Source: Spirochaetota bacterium (GTDB taxonomy: Bacteria; Spirochaetota; Spirochaetia; Treponematales; Rectinemataceae). From it: a DNA stretch of 64,000 nucleotides. A program made the position numbers and the translations under genes. The stretch lies in assembly GCA_029778945.1 (NCBI GenBank), contig JAKPBN010000382.1, forward strand, positions 764 to 64,763. Reading direction: 5' to 3'. Below the pieces are notes generated by a model, which was not told the DNA's origin, did no database searches, and saw nothing but the letters and a program-made list of their open reading frames with translations. Shown here one piece after another: positions 9,083 through 20,096 of this stretch (the stretch's first letter is position 1; each line of letters starts with the position of its first letter).

Positions 9083-9529
9083 CTACGCCTTGTCGGCGGC
9101 AGCGGCCTTGGACTTCGCCTTGGCCTTCTTTTCCGCCCGGCGCTTCTCGCGCTCGGCCTTCTTGCCGTCTTCGGCGTGGTCGACCAGCTCGAGGACGACC
9201 ATGTCCGCCGCGTCCTGCTTCCTCATGCCGATGCGCATGATGCGGGTATAGCCGCCATTGCGCTCCTTCATGCGGGGGCCGATCACGGTAAAGAGCTTGG
9301 CGAGGATAGCCTCGTCGGTGATGCTCTTGGCGATCTCGCGCCGGTTGTGGACCGAGTCCTCCTTGGCCCTGGTGATCATCTTCTCCGCCTCGCGGCGGCA
9401 CTCGACGGCCTTGGCCCGGGTGGTCACGATGCGCTCGTGCTTGAAGAGCACGGTCGCCATGTTGCGGAGCATGGCCTTGCGGTGGGCCGGAGTCCGGTTG
9501 AGCTTGTTGAATCCGATCTTATGCTTCAT
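9083..9529 (-). CDS. rplQ: 50S ribosomal protein L17 (with Lys/Ala-rich C-terminal tail).
   Basis: Translation [25 protein letters not shown]... matches the L17 family. Follows rpoA as in the alpha operon. Confidence 0.95.
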   Translation of the reverse strand: MKHKIGFNKLNRTPAHRKAMLRNMATVLFKHERIVTTRAKAVECRREAEKMITRAKEDSVHNRREIAKSITDEAILAKLFTVIGPRMKERNGGYTRIMRIGMRKQDAADMVVLELVDHAEDGKKAEREKRRAEKKAKAKSKAAAADKA

Positions 9530-10574
9530 CGGTCTCTTCCTTCTTCATGGACAGTTTCAGGTAGTTCCGCAGGGCGGAGTAGTCCGTCATGCCGAGGCCC
9601 AGGTTCCACTCCTTGAGCTTGTCCTTGATCTCCTGGAGTGACTTCTTGCCGAAGTTCCTGGTCTTCGCGATATCGTCCTCGGTCTTCCTCGTAAGATCGC
9701 CTATCGTCTTGATATTGGCGTTCTTCAGGCAGTTCGACGACCGGACGGAGAGCTCGAGCTCCTCCACGGGCGTGTTGAGGATCTGCCTGATCCGTTCCTC
9801 GATCTCGTCGTTTTCCTCATCGCCGTCGGACTCGCCCTCGTCAAAGTTGACGAAAATGGCGAAATGGTCCTTGGCTATCTTGGCGGCCTCGGCAAGGGCG
9901 TCCTCGGGCCGGACCGAACCGTCCGTCCAGATCTCCATCACGAGCTTGTCGTAATCGGAGCGCTGGCCGACCCGGGTGGGCTCGACCGAGTACTTCACCT
10001 TGCGCACGGGGGAGAAGATCGCGTCCATCGGTATGGTCCCGACGACCTCGACATACTTCTCGTTCACCTCGGAGGGCACATAGCCCCGGCCAAGGTCCAC
10101 CTGGATCTCCACGTCGATGCGGGCGTCGTCCATCAGGGTCGCGATCTTGATCCCGGGGTTCTGGACCTCGAGGGGCTTGTCCTTGCCGAACACGGACCCG
10201 TCTATGTCCAGGGGGCCCTTGAGCTCGTAGAGGAAGGTGGCCTGCTCCTCGTCATCCGGAAGCTTGAGCCTGAGCTGCTTCAGGTTGTTGAGCACCTCGA
10301 TGGTGTCCTCGACGATCCCGGGGATGGTCTCGAACTCGCTCGTGACGATGTGCTGGGCCCCATCCGCGTCATAGCGAACTATCCGGACCGCGGTTACCGC
10401 GTAACCCTGGATCGAAGAAAGGAGGATTCGGCGCAGCGTGTTGCCGACGGTCGTACCGTAGCCCGGCTCGAAGGGGTAAGCGAGGAACTTGCCATAGTCC
10501 TGGCTCGATTCGCTCTGCTCATACGTGATGCCCTTCGGCCTCTTGAAACCCTTGAGTAGGTTCTTCCGCGCCAT
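9519..10574 (-). CDS. rpoA: DNA-directed RNA polymerase subunit alpha.
   Basis: 351-aa translation with RpoA N- and C-terminal domain motifs. Sits between rpsD and rplQ. Confidence 0.95.
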   Translation of the reverse strand: MARKNLLKGFKRPKGITYEQSESSQDYGKFLAYPFEPGYGTTVGNTLRRILLSSIQGYAVTAVRIVRYDADGAQHIVTSEFETIPGIVEDTIEVLNNLKQLRLKLPDDEEQATFLYELKGPLDIDGSVFGKDKPLEVQNPGIKIATLMDDARIDVEIQVDLGRGYVPSEVNEKYVEVVGTIPMDAIFSPVRKVKYSVEPTRVGQRSDYDKLVMEIWTDGSVRPEDALAEAAKIAKDHFAIFVNFDEGESDGDEENDEIEERIRQILNTPVEELELSVRSSNCLKNANIKTIGDLTRKTEDDIAKTRNFGKKSLQEIKDKLKEWNLGLGMTDYSALRNYLKLSMKKEETDEA

Positions 10575-10583
10575 TTCAGCTCC

Positions 10584-11219
10584 TTACTTCGAATAGAGCT
10601 CGACGACGAGCTGCTCGCGGATATCGGCCATGTCGGTGATATCCTGGCGGTGCGGGAGCGAGTTGAACTTGCCCGCCATGTTGTCGGGATCGACGGAGAG
10701 CCAGGGCATGACACCCGAGCGCCCGATCTCCTGGAGAGAGTCCTTCACGGAGAGCATCTTCTTCCCGGAGGCGAGGACGGTCACGTCGTCACCCGGCTTC
10801 ACGAGGAAGGAGGGGACGTTGACCCGCTTGCCATTCACGGCGATATGGCCGTGGAGGACAATCTGGCGCGCCTGGGCGCGGCTTGCGGCAAAGCGCATCC
10901 TGTACACGACGGTGTCGAGGCGCCTCTCAAGGAGGATGAAGAGGTTCTCGCCGGTCTTGCCGGGCATGCGGAGGGCCTTCTCAAAGGTGTTGTGGAACTG
11001 GGTCTCCATGAGACCGTAGCTCCTCTTGAGCCTCTGCTTCTCACGCAGCTGGATCGCGTACTCGGACTGCTTGGCAGGCCGGGACTTGGGGGCCTTTCCC
11101 GGAGGGAGGGCCTTGCGGTTGATCGGGCACTTGTCGCTCTTGCAGCGGCTGCCCTTGAGGAAAAGCTTCTTCTGTTCGGTTCTGCAGAGCCTGCAGCTCG
11201 GACCGGTATAACGTGCCAT
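10584..11219 (-). CDS. rpsD: 30S ribosomal protein S4.
   Basis: [23 protein letters not shown]... matches the S4 family. Confidence 0.95.
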   Translation of the reverse strand: MARYTGPSCRLCRTEQKKLFLKGSRCKSDKCPINRKALPPGKAPKSRPAKQSEYAIQLREKQRLKRSYGLMETQFHNTFEKALRMPGKTGENLFILLERRLDTVVYRMRFAASRAQARQIVLHGHIAVNGKRVNVPSFLVKPGDDVTVLASGKKMLSVKDSLQEIGRSGVMPWLSVDPDNMAGKFNSLPHRQDITDMADIREQLVVELYSK

Positions 11220-11239
11220 CTTGTGTTATTCCCCCTTCC

Positions 11240-11620
11240 TCAGATACGCCGGACTTTGCGGGGCCGGCAGCCGTTGTGGGGAATGGGCGTCACATCGTTG
11301 ATGCTGCGGACCTTGAGCCCAAGGGCACCGAGCTGGCGGATAGCCGATTCACGCCCGACTCCGGGACCCTTCACGTAGACATGGACCTCGCGGAGGCCCA
11401 CATTGAGAGCCTTGTTGACCGCGGTCTCAGTGACTGTCTGGGCGGCGAAGGGGGTGGATTTCTTCGCGCCGCGGAAGCCAAGGCCGCCAGAGGAGGCCCA
11501 GGAGATCGCGTTGCCGTTGAGGTCAGTGATGGTGATGATCGTATTGTTGAAGGTCGCCTGGATGTAGACGTTGCCCTCATATACGCTCTTTTTCTCTTTC
11601 TTCTTCTTAGCGACAGCCAT
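11240..11620 (-). CDS. rpsK: 30S ribosomal protein S11.
   Basis: Translation matches the S11 family (...[17 protein letters not shown]...). Confidence 0.95.
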   Translation of the reverse strand: MAVAKKKKEKKSVYEGNVYIQATFNNTIITITDLNGNAISWASSGGLGFRGAKKSTPFAAQTVTETAVNKALNVGLREVHVYVKGPGVGRESAIRQLGALGLKVRSINDVTPIPHNGCRPRKVRRI

Positions 11621-11638
11621 GCTAGCGGTCCTCCCTCA

Positions 11639-12010
11639 TCAAACGGCTTTCTTCTTGTTAGCCACGGTCTTGCGCTTGCCCTTGCGGGTACGGGCGTTCG
11701 TCCGTGTCCTCTGGCCGTTGACGGGCAGGCCCCTGCGGTGGCGCAGGCCCCTGTAGCAGCCAATGTCCATCAGGCGCTTGATGTTGAGCGCCGTCTCGGA
11801 CCTAAGACGTCCCTCGACCTTGTAGTCATTCTCGATGACCTTGCGGAGCTCGTTGATCTCCTCGTTGGAAAGATCGTTGATCTTCTTGGCGGGGTCGATC
11901 TTGGTGCTCTCGCAGATCTTCCTGGCGCTCGTCCGGCCCAGGCCGAAGATGTAGGTGAGCGCGATCTCTACGTGCTTGTTCGGGAGGTCTACTCCCGCGA
12001 TACGTGCCAT
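11639..12010 (-). CDS. rpsM: 30S ribosomal protein S13.
   Basis: [23 protein letters not shown]... matches S13. SD GAGGAGG upstream. Confidence 0.95.
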   Translation of the reverse strand: MARIAGVDLPNKHVEIALTYIFGLGRTSARKICESTKIDPAKKINDLSNEEINELRKVIENDYKVEGRLRSETALNIKRLMDIGCYRGLRHRRGLPVNGQRTRTNARTRKGKRKTVANKKKAV

Positions 12011-12026
12011 GAGTTTCCTCCTCCCC

Positions 12027-12140
12027 TCAGCCTTGCTTCTGCTTGTGCTTGGGATTCTCGCAGATGATCCTGACGATCCCGTTCCGCTTAATCACCTTGC
12101 ACTTGTCGCATATCTTCTTGACACTCGTTCTGACTTTCAC
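12027..12140 (-). CDS. rpmJ: 50S ribosomal protein L36 (37 aa, GTG start; not in the ORF track).
   Basis: Minus-strand translation [37 protein letters not shown] is a classic zinc-binding L36. Positioned between secY and rpsM. Confidence 0.9.
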   Translation of the reverse strand: MKVRTSVKKICDKCKVIKRNGIVRIICENPKHKQKQG

Positions 12141-12252
12141 GGGTTCCCCCTGCGGTTCCATGCCGCTGTGCGGCCTCTCGCCGCTCGTATTGACGGACTA
12201 GCCGTCAGAATCGCGGCCAAGCCGCAATTAAACACCATTTCCACGACTTTTT

Positions 12253-13572
12253 CTACAGGTTCCTCGAGCGTATGTGTCCCTTCCGTACCAGGCCGTCATG
12301 GTGGTGCATCTTGAGAAGAGCCTCGATCTGGCTCATGGTGTCCAGGTCGACGCCCACGAGGATCAGGAGGGAGGTTCCGCCCAGGAGGTAGGCCAGCTGG
12401 CTCGGGAACTTGAAGACGGCCATGACAACCGTCGGAAGGAGGGCGATAAAGCCCAGGTAGAGAGAGCCCGGGAGGATGATCCTGTTGAGGATCCTCGTGA
12501 GGTGCTCCTCCATCTTGTCGCTCCTGATGCCCGGGATGGAGCCGCCGTTCTCGCGGATGTTCTTGGAGATCTCCTGCGGGTTCAGCGTGACCTGGGTGTA
12601 GAAGTAGGCGAAGAAGATGATGAAGACCACATAAAGGGCGTTGTAGAGCCAGCCCGAGGGCGAAAGGTAGAAGGCCAGGTCACGCAGCCACTTCACGTTC
12701 ACCCCGAGACTCTGGGCGATCTGGAGGGGGAAGGTGAGGATGGAGGAGGCGAAGATGACCGGGATTACGCCCGAAGGGTTGATCTTGAAGGGGATGTAGG
12801 TGTTCTGGGCACCGTACATCTTCCTGCCGACGACCCGCTTGGCGTAGTTGACCGGGATCTTCCTCTGCCCCTGCTGCTCGAAGACGACCAGGGACACGAC
12901 AGCCACAAAGAGGGCCATCACGACGATGGCGTAGATCGGGTTGATGTCCCCGACCGCGATCTTCTGGCCAAGCTCGATGAGGGCGTGGGGCAACCGGGCC
13001 ACGATGCCCGCGAAGATCAGGAGGGAGACGCCGTTGCCGATGCCCCTCTTCGTGATCTGCTCACCGACCCAGACCAGGAACATCGAGCCCGTCGTCACCG
13101 TGAGGATGGCAAGGATCGTGTAGGGCGTCCTTCCCATGGTGATGGCGTTCGGGATGCGGTCGGCCCAGACGGTGACGGCATAGCCCTGGATGAAGCAGAC
13201 CACAACCGACCCGAGGCGGGTCCAAAGCTGGATCTTCTTGCGTCCACCCTCCTCCTCGGCGATCTTCTTCAGCTTGGGGACCACGATGAGCAGGAGCTGC
13301 ATGATGATCTGGGTGCTGATGTAGGGCATGACGCCCAGCATGAAGAGGGAGAAGTTCTTGAAGGCTCCGCCCGCGAAGAAGTCGAGGTAGTCCGTCACCC
13401 CGTTTCCGCCGCCCGCCGTGCCCTCGAAATAGATGCGGAGGGCCTGGGCATTGATGCCGGGGATGGGGATATAGACTCCGAGCCGGAAAATCATGAGCCA
13501 GAAGAGCGTATAGAGTATCCGTTCCCGGAGTTCCTTGACGCGGAACATGTCCGCTAGCGCATTGCCTGCCAT
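12253..13572 (-). CDS. secY: Preprotein translocase subunit SecY.
   Basis: 439-aa multi-TM translation matching SecY, in conserved position after rplO. No infA, adk or map between secY and rpmJ. Confidence 0.95.
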   Translation of the reverse strand: MAGNALADMFRVKELRERILYTLFWLMIFRLGVYIPIPGINAQALRIYFEGTAGGGNGVTDYLDFFAGGAFKNFSLFMLGVMPYISTQIIMQLLLIVVPKLKKIAEEEGGRKKIQLWTRLGSVVVCFIQGYAVTVWADRIPNAITMGRTPYTILAILTVTTGSMFLVWVGEQITKRGIGNGVSLLIFAGIVARLPHALIELGQKIAVGDINPIYAIVVMALFVAVVSLVVFEQQGQRKIPVNYAKRVVGRKMYGAQNTYIPFKINPSGVIPVIFASSILTFPLQIAQSLGVNVKWLRDLAFYLSPSGWLYNALYVVFIIFFAYFYTQVTLNPQEISKNIRENGGSIPGIRSDKMEEHLTRILNRIILPGSLYLGFIALLPTVVMAVFKFPSQLAYLLGGTSLLILVGVDLDTMSQIEALLKMHHHDGLVRKGHIRSRNL

Positions 13573-13599
13573 GATGCCCTGCCTGTATATAGGCGCCGG

Positions 13600-14079
13600 T
13601 TAGGCGCCGGCCTTGTCGTCCGTGGACGCCGGAGCGAGACGCTCCTCGACCGTGCCGCCGGCCTTGACAATCTTCGCCTTCGCCGAGGCCGAGACCTTGT
13701 CGACGGAGAAGCTGAGGGCCTTGGTGATATCCCCGTCGCCGAGGATCTTGACGAGCTTGTCGGCCTTCTTCACGAGGCCGCGCGCCTGGAGGGAGGCTCC
13801 GTCCACGAGCTCGCCCTTCTCAAAGCGGGTCTCGATGTCCGAGAGGTTCACCACCTGCCATTCCTTGCGGAAGATGTTGGTGAATCCGCGGTGGGGAAGG
13901 CGCCTGTAGAGGGGCATCTGGCCGCCCTCAAAGCCGGGGTAGGTCTTGCCGCCCGAGCGGGACTGCTGGCCCTTGTTACCCCGGCCGGCCGTGGTTCCGC
14001 GGCCGGAGCCCTGGCCACGACCGACAATCCTCTTCTTCTTGGTGGCGCCAACGGGCGCATGCAGATTGTAGTCGGACAT
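13600..14079 (-). CDS. rplO: 50S ribosomal protein L15.
   Basis: Starts [26 protein letters not shown]... with Gly-rich L15 hallmarks. ATGA overlap with the rpmD stop at 14077-14081. Confidence 0.9.
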   Translation of the reverse strand: MSDYNLHAPVGATKKKRIVGRGQGSGRGTTAGRGNKGQQSRSGGKTYPGFEGGQMPLYRRLPHRGFTNIFRKEWQVVNLSDIETRFEKGELVDGASLQARGLVKKADKLVKILGDGDITKALSFSVDKVSASAKAKIVKAGGTVEERLAPASTDDKAGA

Positions 14080-14261
14080 CACGCGATCTCCTTCACGGAC
14101 AGGAGGTGCCGGATTGACGAGCACATGCCGAGTATGGCAGGGGTCGCTTCCTTGACGGTCTTGGAGCTTACCTTGCGGAGGCCAAGGCAACGAACTGTCG
14201 CCCTGGTGGCAGGGAGCTCACCAATGATGCTCTTGACGAGCGTAATCTCTATCTTGGCCAT
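14079..14261 (-). CDS. rpmD: 50S ribosomal protein L30.
   Basis: [31 protein letters not shown]... matches the L30 family. Confidence 0.9.
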   Translation of the reverse strand: MAKIEITLVKSIIGELPATRATVRCLGLRKVSSKTVKEATPAILGMCSSIRHLLSVKEIA

Positions 14262-14265
14262 GGCA

Positions 14266-14784
14266 TTAACCCCACAGATCCTTGATCGTCTTCCCGCGGT
14301 TCTTGGCAACGGTCTTCGCGTCCATCAGGTTGTCCACGCCGGCAAAGACGGCGCGCACGATGTTCACGGAAGACCTGGAGCCAACGGCCTTGGAAAGGAC
14401 GTCGGTGACGCCGCCGGCCTCCATGATGGCGCGCACTGGGCCGCCGGCGATGATGCCGGAACCGGGGCAGGCGGGCTTCATGTAGATCTTGGTGGCCTTG
14501 TATTCTCCGACGACGTCGTGGGGGATGGTCCCGTTCTTCGTCGGGAAGCGCACCATCGAGTGGCGCGCCCTGTCGATGCTCTTGCGGATCGCCTCGGAGA
14601 CGTCATTCGCCTTGCCGAAGCCGAAGCCGACGTTGCCGGCGCGGTCGCCGACGACGGTGAGAGCGGAGAAGGAGAAGCGGCGTCCGCCCTTGACTACCTT
14701 GGCGGTGCGGTTGAGCTTGACGAGCTTCTCGAGGTAGTTGTCGCGCGGCCCATCGTCGCGCCTATTCCTGTCGTTTCTTTCCAC
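14266..14784 (-). CDS. rpsE: 30S ribosomal protein S5.
   Basis: Translation matches S5 (...KVVKGGRRFSFSALTVVGD...). Confidence 0.95.
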   Translation of the reverse strand: MERNDRNRRDDGPRDNYLEKLVKLNRTAKVVKGGRRFSFSALTVVGDRAGNVGFGFGKANDVSEAIRKSIDRARHSMVRFPTKNGTIPHDVVGEYKATKIYMKPACPGSGIIAGGPVRAIMEAGGVTDVLSKAVGSRSSVNIVRAVFAGVDNLMDAKTVAKNRGKTIKDLWG

Positions 14785-14793
14785 GCCTTCCCC

Positions 14794-15159
14794 CTAGAAT
14801 GCGATCCCGGCTTTGCGGGCGCCGTCGGCTATGGCCTTGACGATACCGTGGTACTTGTAGCCGTTCCTGTCAAAGACGACCGTAGCCACGTTCTTTTCCT
14901 TGAGCCTCTTGCCGATCTCCTCACCGAGCTTGCCGGCTCCCTCGACATTCCGCTTGATGCCCTTGAGGGACTCCTCGAGGGTGGAGGCGGAGACCAGGGT
15001 GGTGCCTGCGGCATCATCGATCACCTGGACATAGAGGTAGCGGTTCGACTTGAAGATGGTCATCCTCGGCTTCGCAGGGGAGCCCTCGATGTTCTTCCGG
15101 ACGTGAGTCCTGCGCTGTTCGCGCTTGCGCAGCTTGTCGCTGAATTCCTTAACGCTCAT
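14794..15159 (-). CDS. rplR: 50S ribosomal protein L18.
   Basis: Translation matches the L18 family. Confidence 0.95.
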   Translation of the reverse strand: MSVKEFSDKLRKREQRRTHVRKNIEGSPAKPRMTIFKSNRYLYVQVIDDAAGTTLVSASTLEESLKGIKRNVEGAGKLGEEIGKRLKEKNVATVVFDRNGYKYHGIVKAIADGARKAGIAF

Positions 15160-15169
15160 GGTTCACGCC

Positions 15170-15712
15170 TCACTTCACGCCGGTCTTGCCGACCTTCTTG
15201 CGGATCTTCTCGTCCTCGTACCTGATGCCCTTGCCCTTGTAGGGCTCGGGAAGGCGGAGGCCCCGGACCTCGCTCGCGAACTTGCCAACCAGCCAACGAT
15301 CCGAACCGGAGATCACAACCTTCTGGTTGTTCGCCTCGGTGGTGGCGGTGAGGCCCTCGGGGACGGCCACCGCGAAGTCGGTGGAGTAGCCGAGGCTAAG
15401 AACGAGGAGCTTGCCCTGCACTTCGGCACGGTAGCCGACGCCGTTGATCACGAGGGTCTTCTTGAAGCCCTCGGAGACGCCTACGACCATGTTGGAGATG
15501 AGCTTGCGGTAAAGTCCATGGAAGGACCTGGCCTGCTTGGAGTCATTCTTCCGCGCAACATGGACAGCGTTGTCCTTGACGGCGATCTCGACTAGAGGAT
15601 CGTAGCTCTGGGAGAGCTTTCCCTTGGGCCCTTCTACGTTCACCTGGGTGGGGGTGATGCTCACCTTCACGCCCTGGGGGACAAGGACCGGCCGTATTCC
15701 GATTCTCGACAT
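15170..15712 (-). CDS. rplF: 50S ribosomal protein L6.
   Basis: [19 protein letters not shown]... matches L6. Confidence 0.95.
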   Translation of the reverse strand: MSRIGIRPVLVPQGVKVSITPTQVNVEGPKGKLSQSYDPLVEIAVKDNAVHVARKNDSKQARSFHGLYRKLISNMVVGVSEGFKKTLVINGVGYRAEVQGKLLVLSLGYSTDFAVAVPEGLTATTEANNQKVVISGSDRWLVGKFASEVRGLRLPEPYKGKGIRYEDEKIRKKVGKTGVK

Positions 15713-15727
15713 TGCATTCCCCTTCGC

Positions 15728-16126
15728 TTACCAGACGGTGCAGATGAGCTCGCCGCCCACCTTTTTCTCGACGGCCTTCCTGCCGGTCGTCACGCCCTCA
15801 GAGGTCGAGACGATCAGCGTTCCGTAGCCGTTGAACACGCGCGGAAGCTCCTTGTATCCAGAATAGACGCGGCGCCCGGGCCTGGAGACCTTCTCCACTC
15901 CGTGGAGGATCGGGTCATTCGCGTCGTCGTACTTCAGGAAGATGCGGATGACATTGGAGCCTTCCGACTGGATCTTCTTGAAGTTCTTTATAAAACCCTC
16001 GGTCTTGAGGATCTTCACGATCTCGAGCTTGAGCTTGGAGGTGGGAATATCCACCTTCTCATGCCGGGCGGAGCTCGCGTTGCGGATCTTGGTCAGCATA
16101 TCCGCGATGGGATCAGAAACGCTCAT
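15728..16126 (-). CDS. rpsH: 30S ribosomal protein S8.
   Basis: ATG at 16124-16126 with [27 protein letters not shown]... matches S8. Confidence 0.92.
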   Translation of the reverse strand: MSVSDPIADMLTKIRNASSARHEKVDIPTSKLKLEIVKILKTEGFIKNFKKIQSEGSNVIRIFLKYDDANDPILHGVEKVSRPGRRVYSGYKELPRVFNGYGTLIVSTSEGVTTGRKAVEKKVGGELICTVW

Positions 16127-16137
16127 CGCTTGCCCTC

Positions 16138-16323
16138 CTACCAGCTCGACTTGGTGACGCCAGGGATAAGACCGTCGGAAGCGTACTTCCGGAAGCAAAC
16201 CCTGCACATCGCAAACTTGCCCATGTAACCCCGTGCCCTTCCGCAGACCTTGCAGCGGCGGACGAGCCTCGTGGTGTACTTCGGCTTTTTCTCAGACTTA
16301 AGAATCATCGCCTTGCGCGCCAT
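16138..16323 (-). CDS. rpsN: 30S ribosomal protein S14 type Z (zinc-binding, 61 aa).
   Basis: [21 protein letters not shown] four-Cys motif typical of short S14. Confidence 0.92.
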   Translation of the reverse strand: MARKAMILKSEKKPKYTTRLVRRCKVCGRARGYMGKFAMCRVCFRKYASDGLIPGVTKSSW

Positions 16324-16335
16324 TGACTACCTTCC

Positions 16336-17001
16336 TTACTTCCGAAAGGGCATGCCCATCTTGGCAAGCAGGCTTTTGGCCTCCTTGTCAGTCCTCGCGG
16401 TCGTGACGATCGCGATGTTGAGGCCCATGATCTTCTCGATCTTGTCGAAGTCGATCTCCGGGAAGATTATCTGCTCGGTCAGACCGAGGGAATAGTTCCC
16501 GTGCCCGTCGAAGGCGTTCGCATTGACGCCCCTGAAGTCCTTTACACGGGGGAGGGCCGAGTTCATCAGCCGGTCCAGGAACTCCCACATGTAGCTGCCG
16601 CGGAGGGTGACCTTGCAGCCGATCTCCTGGCCCTGGCGGATCTTGAACGTGGCGATGGACTTCTTCGCCTTGGTCTTGACCGCATGCTGGCCGGTGATCT
16701 GCGAAAGGTCCTCGACGGCCGCGTCCAGGATCTTCTTGTTCTCCTTCGCCTCGCCTACACCCATGGACACGATGACCTTGACGATCCTGGGGATCTGCAT
16801 CGTGGAGGTGTAGCTGAACTCCTTCATGAGCTCAGGGGCGACGGACTCGCGGTACTTCTTCTTCATGTTGGGGACATAGCCCTTGGGCAGGGGGGCGGAT
16901 TCGCCCTTCTTGTCCTCGGCGGCGGCCTTCTTCCTGGCGGCGGCCTCAGCGGCCTTTGCCTTCTTCTCAGCCGCGAGATCGGCGTTCTTGTTCTCGGCCA
17001 T
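16336..17001 (-). CDS. rplE: 50S ribosomal protein L5 with ~40-aa Lys/Ala-rich N-terminal extension.
   Basis: The L5 core is recognisable after an N-terminal [32 protein letters not shown] extension. Confidence 0.9.
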   Translation of the reverse strand: MAENKNADLAAEKKAKAAEAAARKKAAAEDKKGESAPLPKGYVPNMKKKYRESVAPELMKEFSYTSTMQIPRIVKVIVSMGVGEAKENKKILDAAVEDLSQITGQHAVKTKAKKSIATFKIRQGQEIGCKVTLRGSYMWEFLDRLMNSALPRVKDFRGVNANAFDGHGNYSLGLTEQIIFPEIDFDKIEKIMGLNIAIVTTARTDKEAKSLLAKMGMPFRK

Positions 17002-17319
17002 TTACAGGGCCCCCCCGCACTTGCGGCAGACGCGGACCTTCTTGTCACCATCGATCTTGTAACCCAGGCGGACAGGTCCGCACTTGGGGCACACCATCAT
17101 GACATTGGAGATCGCGAAGGCGGCTTCGATCTCTACGATCCCGCCGCGATCCGTCTGCTTGCGCTTCTTCATGGCCTTCTTGACCATGTTGACACCGGTT
17201 ACCATGACGCGGCCCTTGGTGGCGTTGATCTGGATGATCTTGCCCTTCTTGCCCTTGTCCTTCCCGGCTATGACCTCGACGAGGTCGTCCTTTCGGAGCT
17301 TGTACTTGATTTCTGCCAT
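17002..17319 (-). CDS. rplX: 50S ribosomal protein L24 with C-terminal CxxC...CxxC zinc ribbon.
   Basis: KOW region ([17 protein letters not shown]) followed by CPKCGPV...CRKCGG. Confidence 0.9.
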   Translation of the reverse strand: MAEIKYKLRKDDLVEVIAGKDKGKKGKIIQINATKGRVMVTGVNMVKKAMKKRKQTDRGGIVEIEAAFAISNVMMVCPKCGPVRLGYKIDGDKKVRVCRKCGGAL

Positions 17320-17329
17320 CCGCTCCTCC

Positions 17330-17698
17330 TTACAGGACCTCGGGCGCCAACGAGATGATCTTCATGAAATCCCTCTCGCGGAGCTCTCGAGCGACGGGCC
17401 CGAAGATGCGCTTGCCCTTCGGGTTCTTGTTGGCGTCGATGATGACGCAGGCGTTGTCGTCGAAGCGGATGTAGGTTCCATCCGGCCGGCGATACTCCTT
17501 GTGCGTCCTCACGACCACGGCCTTCTCGATCGTACCCTTCTTGATCGCCGAGTTCGGGATGGTCGACTTGACGGCCACCACCACGAGATCGCCGATGCCG
17601 GCATACCTGCGGTGGGTGCCACCAAGAACCTTGATGACCTGCACGATCTTGGCGCCGGAATTGTCGGCCACGTTCAGCTTGCTTTCAACTTGGACCAT
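17330..17698 (-). CDS. rplN: 50S ribosomal protein L14.
   Basis: [17 protein letters not shown]... matches L14. Confidence 0.95.
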   Translation of the reverse strand: MVQVESKLNVADNSGAKIVQVIKVLGGTHRRYAGIGDLVVVAVKSTIPNSAIKKGTIEKAVVVRTHKEYRRPDGTYIRFDDNACVIIDANKNPKGKRIFGPVARELRERDFMKIISLAPEVL

Positions 17699-17716
17699 TG
17701 CTATATCCCCGTTGTC

Positions 17717-17983
17717 CTATTTCGCTTTTTCGAGGATTTCCGCCAGCCGCCAGCACTTGTCTTTGCTGACGGGACGGGCCTCGATCACGCGGACGGTATC
17801 CCCGACGTGTGCATCATTGTTCTCGTCGTGCGCTTTGATCCTCTTGGACCTAGTCACGTACTTCTTGTACAGAGGATGCAGCTTCCTCATCGTTATTTCG
17901 ACAACGATGGTCTTGGCCATCTTGTCGCTCACCACGATGCCGGTGAGGGTCTGCTTGTTCGCCTTGTGCTCGGCAGTTTCCAC
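17717..17983 (-). CDS. rpsQ: 30S ribosomal protein S17.
   Basis: Translation matches S17. Confidence 0.93.
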   Translation of the reverse strand: METAEHKANKQTLTGIVVSDKMAKTIVVEITMRKLHPLYKKYVTRSKRIKAHDENNDAHVGDTVRVIEARPVSKDKCWRLAEILEKAK

Positions 17984-18001
17984 TTTCCTCTCCTCGGTCG
18001 T

Positions 18002-18202
18002 TTAGCGAGTCTGCCCGGCGCCGTCATGGAGCCGGATCAGGGTCTCGAGCCGCGCGATCTGGCGGCGGAGGTTGCGCTTCTCGAGGGGATTCTCGAGGTG
18101 CCCTACCACGGCCTGAAAGCGGACGTCGAAGTATTTCTTCCTGAGCTCGGTCCTCTTGGAGACCAGCTCCTCGTACTTGAGCTCTTTGAACGAGTTCTTC
18201 AT
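18002..18202 (-). CDS. rpmC: 50S ribosomal protein L29.
   Basis: [30 protein letters not shown]... matches L29. Confidence 0.93.
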   Translation of the reverse strand: MKNSFKELKYEELVSKRTELRKKYFDVRFQAVVGHLENPLEKRNLRRQIARLETLIRLHDGAGQTR

Positions 18203-18206
18203 CTTC

Positions 18207-18623
18207 CTACTCCGTATCCGCGCGCAGCGTGAACCTGGTCTTCACGGGCAGCTTGGAGCCGGCGAGGCGCATGGCCTCCTCGGCTATCTTGGGCTCCACG
18301 CCGGCGAGCTCGAACAGGACGGTGCCGGGGCGGACCACGGCGACCCACTGCTCGGGGGCTCCCTTGCCTTTTCCCATGCGCACCTCAAGGGGCTTCTTGG
18401 AGATCGGCTTGTCCGGGAAGATCCGGATCCAGAGCTTTCCGCCGCGCTTGATGTAGCGATTGAGGGCGATACGGGCCGCCTCGATCTGGCGTCCGGTGAG
18501 CCACTCAGGCTCGAGGCAGACGAGGCCGTACTCGCCAAAGGCGATGGTGTTGCCCGTATGGGCCACACCATGTACCCGGCCGCGCTGCTGCTTCCGGTAC
18601 TTGACTCTCTTGGGACTCAGCAT
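18207..18623 (-). CDS. rplP: 50S ribosomal protein L16.
   Basis: [16 protein letters not shown]... matches L16. Confidence 0.95.
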   Translation of the reverse strand: MLSPKRVKYRKQQRGRVHGVAHTGNTIAFGEYGLVCLEPEWLTGRQIEAARIALNRYIKRGGKLWIRIFPDKPISKKPLEVRMGKGKGAPEQWVAVVRPGTVLFELAGVEPKIAEEAMRLAGSKLPVKTRFTLRADTE

Positions 18624-18626
18624 AGC

Positions 18627-19421
18627 TTAGCTCCTCGCCTCGGGCCTGGGCGCGCTCTCGCGGGCCGGGCGCTCGCCACGGGAATCGCCCCGGGGGGGGC
18701 GGTCATGGCGCTCAGGGCGGTCGTGGCGCTCCTCGCCGAAGGGGCGGGGCTTGCGCACAAGCTGGCCGGCGTCCTCCTGCTTGTCAGAGCGGTAGACCAT
18801 GCCCTGGTAGATCCACACCTTGACGCCGATCTTGCCAAAGGTCGTCAAGGACTCGGCAAAGCCGTAGTCGATGTCGGCGCGGAGGGTATGGAGGGGAACG
18901 CGTCCGTCCTTGTGCTGCTCGGTCCGGCTCATGTCGGCGCCGCCGAGGCGGCCGGAGACCCGGATCTTGCAACCCTGGGCCCCGCCCTTCATGGCATTCG
19001 ACACGGCCATCTTGATCGCCTTGCGGAAAGAACCGCGGCTCTCAAGCTGGCGGGCGATGCTCTGGGCGACGACCTGGGCGTTCGTGTCCGTCTTCTTGAT
19101 TTCCTTGATCTTGATGTTGACCTTCTTGGTCGCCACCTTCTGGAGCTGGAGTCCGATCTGCTCGATGTTCGCGCCCTTGACGCCGATGAGGACGCCAGGC
19201 CGCGCGGTGTGGATCACCACGGTCACGCGCTGGGGATGGCGGACAATCTCGATCAGGGAGATCTCGGAGCCCTTGGTCTCCGGCAGCTCGTAGACCCTGC
19301 GGCGGATGGCCAGATCCTCATGGAGGGTCTTGGCGTAGTCGCGGGGATCCACGTACCAGCGGGACTTCCAGTCCTTGTTGATTCCCAGGCGCAGTCCGAT
19401 GGGACTTACTTTGTTACCCAC
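18627..19421 (-). CDS. rpsC: 30S ribosomal protein S3 (GTG start) with Arg/Glu/Asp/Pro-rich C-terminal extension ([16 protein letters not shown]...).
   Basis: GTG at 19419-21 preceded by AGGTGGAGG, 2 nt after the rplV stop. [13 protein letters not shown]... matches S3. Confidence 0.9.
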   Translation of the reverse strand: MGNKVSPIGLRLGINKDWKSRWYVDPRDYAKTLHEDLAIRRRVYELPETKGSEISLIEIVRHPQRVTVVIHTARPGVLIGVKGANIEQIGLQLQKVATKKVNIKIKEIKKTDTNAQVVAQSIARQLESRGSFRKAIKMAVSNAMKGGAQGCKIRVSGRLGGADMSRTEQHKDGRVPLHTLRADIDYGFAESLTTFGKIGVKVWIYQGMVYRSDKQEDAGQLVRKPRPFGEERHDRPERHDRPPRGDSRGERPARESAPRPEARS

Positions 19422-19423
19422 AG

Positions 19424-19789
19424 TTAAGCCTCCACCTTTCCGATCTCTTCGACCACGCAGGAGATATGGCACATGCGCTTGATGAGCATGTCGGCCCGGC
19501 CACGCGCCCGGAACCACACCCGCCTCATGCGGGGACCCTCGTCGATGCGGATCTCCTTGATGTAGAGCATCCCCTCGTCGAGCTTGCGGTTCTGGTCGAG
19601 AGCGTTGGCGGCGGCGGACTTGATCACCTTAAGGATGAGGCCCGCGCCCTTGTTCGGAGTATTCTCGAGAATTGCGACGGCCGCGGCATAGGGCTTCTGC
19701 TTCACAAGGTCGGCCACGGGCCTGACCTTGGTCGGAGAAGCGATAAGCCATTTCGCGGTCGCACGGTAACCAGTCTTCTTGGCAGCCAT
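19424..19789 (-). CDS. rplV: 50S ribosomal protein L22.
   Basis: ATG at 19787-89. [24 protein letters not shown]... matches L22. Confidence 0.9.
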   Translation of the reverse strand: MAAKKTGYRATAKWLIASPTKVRPVADLVKQKPYAAAVAILENTPNKGAGLILKVIKSAAANALDQNRKLDEGMLYIKEIRIDEGPRMRRVWFRARGRADMLIKRMCHISCVVEEIGKVEA

Positions 19790-19800
19790 GGTTGCGGGCC

Positions 19801-20082
19801 TCACTTCTTCTCGGCTTTCTTGTCGCTCCCGGCGTGTCCACGGAAGACACGGGTCGGGGCGAACTCGCCGAGCTTGTGGCCGACGAGGTTCTCGGTCACA
19901 TAGACCGGCACCCACGTCTTGCCGTTATACACCGAGATGGTCATCCCGACCATCTCCGGGATGATCGTGGACGTGCGGGAGAACGTCTTCATCATCTTCT
20001 TGTCCCCCGCCTTGCTCATCTCGATGACCTTTTTGTACAGGCTCTTCTCAATGAAGGGCCCTTTCTTTACGGACCTGGACAC
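19801..20082 (-). CDS. rpsS: 30S ribosomal protein S19.
   Basis: Translation matches S19. Confidence 0.95.
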   Translation of the reverse strand: MSRSVKKGPFIEKSLYKKVIEMSKAGDKKMMKTFSRTSTIIPEMVGMTISVYNGKTWVPVYVTENLVGHKLGEFAPTRVFRGHAGSDKKAEKK

Positions 20083-20096
20083 TTCGGGCTCCTCCC

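Noticed and set aside
12274-13557. 427-aa plus-strand ORF rich in Asp/Glu/Gly
   Set aside because: Antisense to secY.
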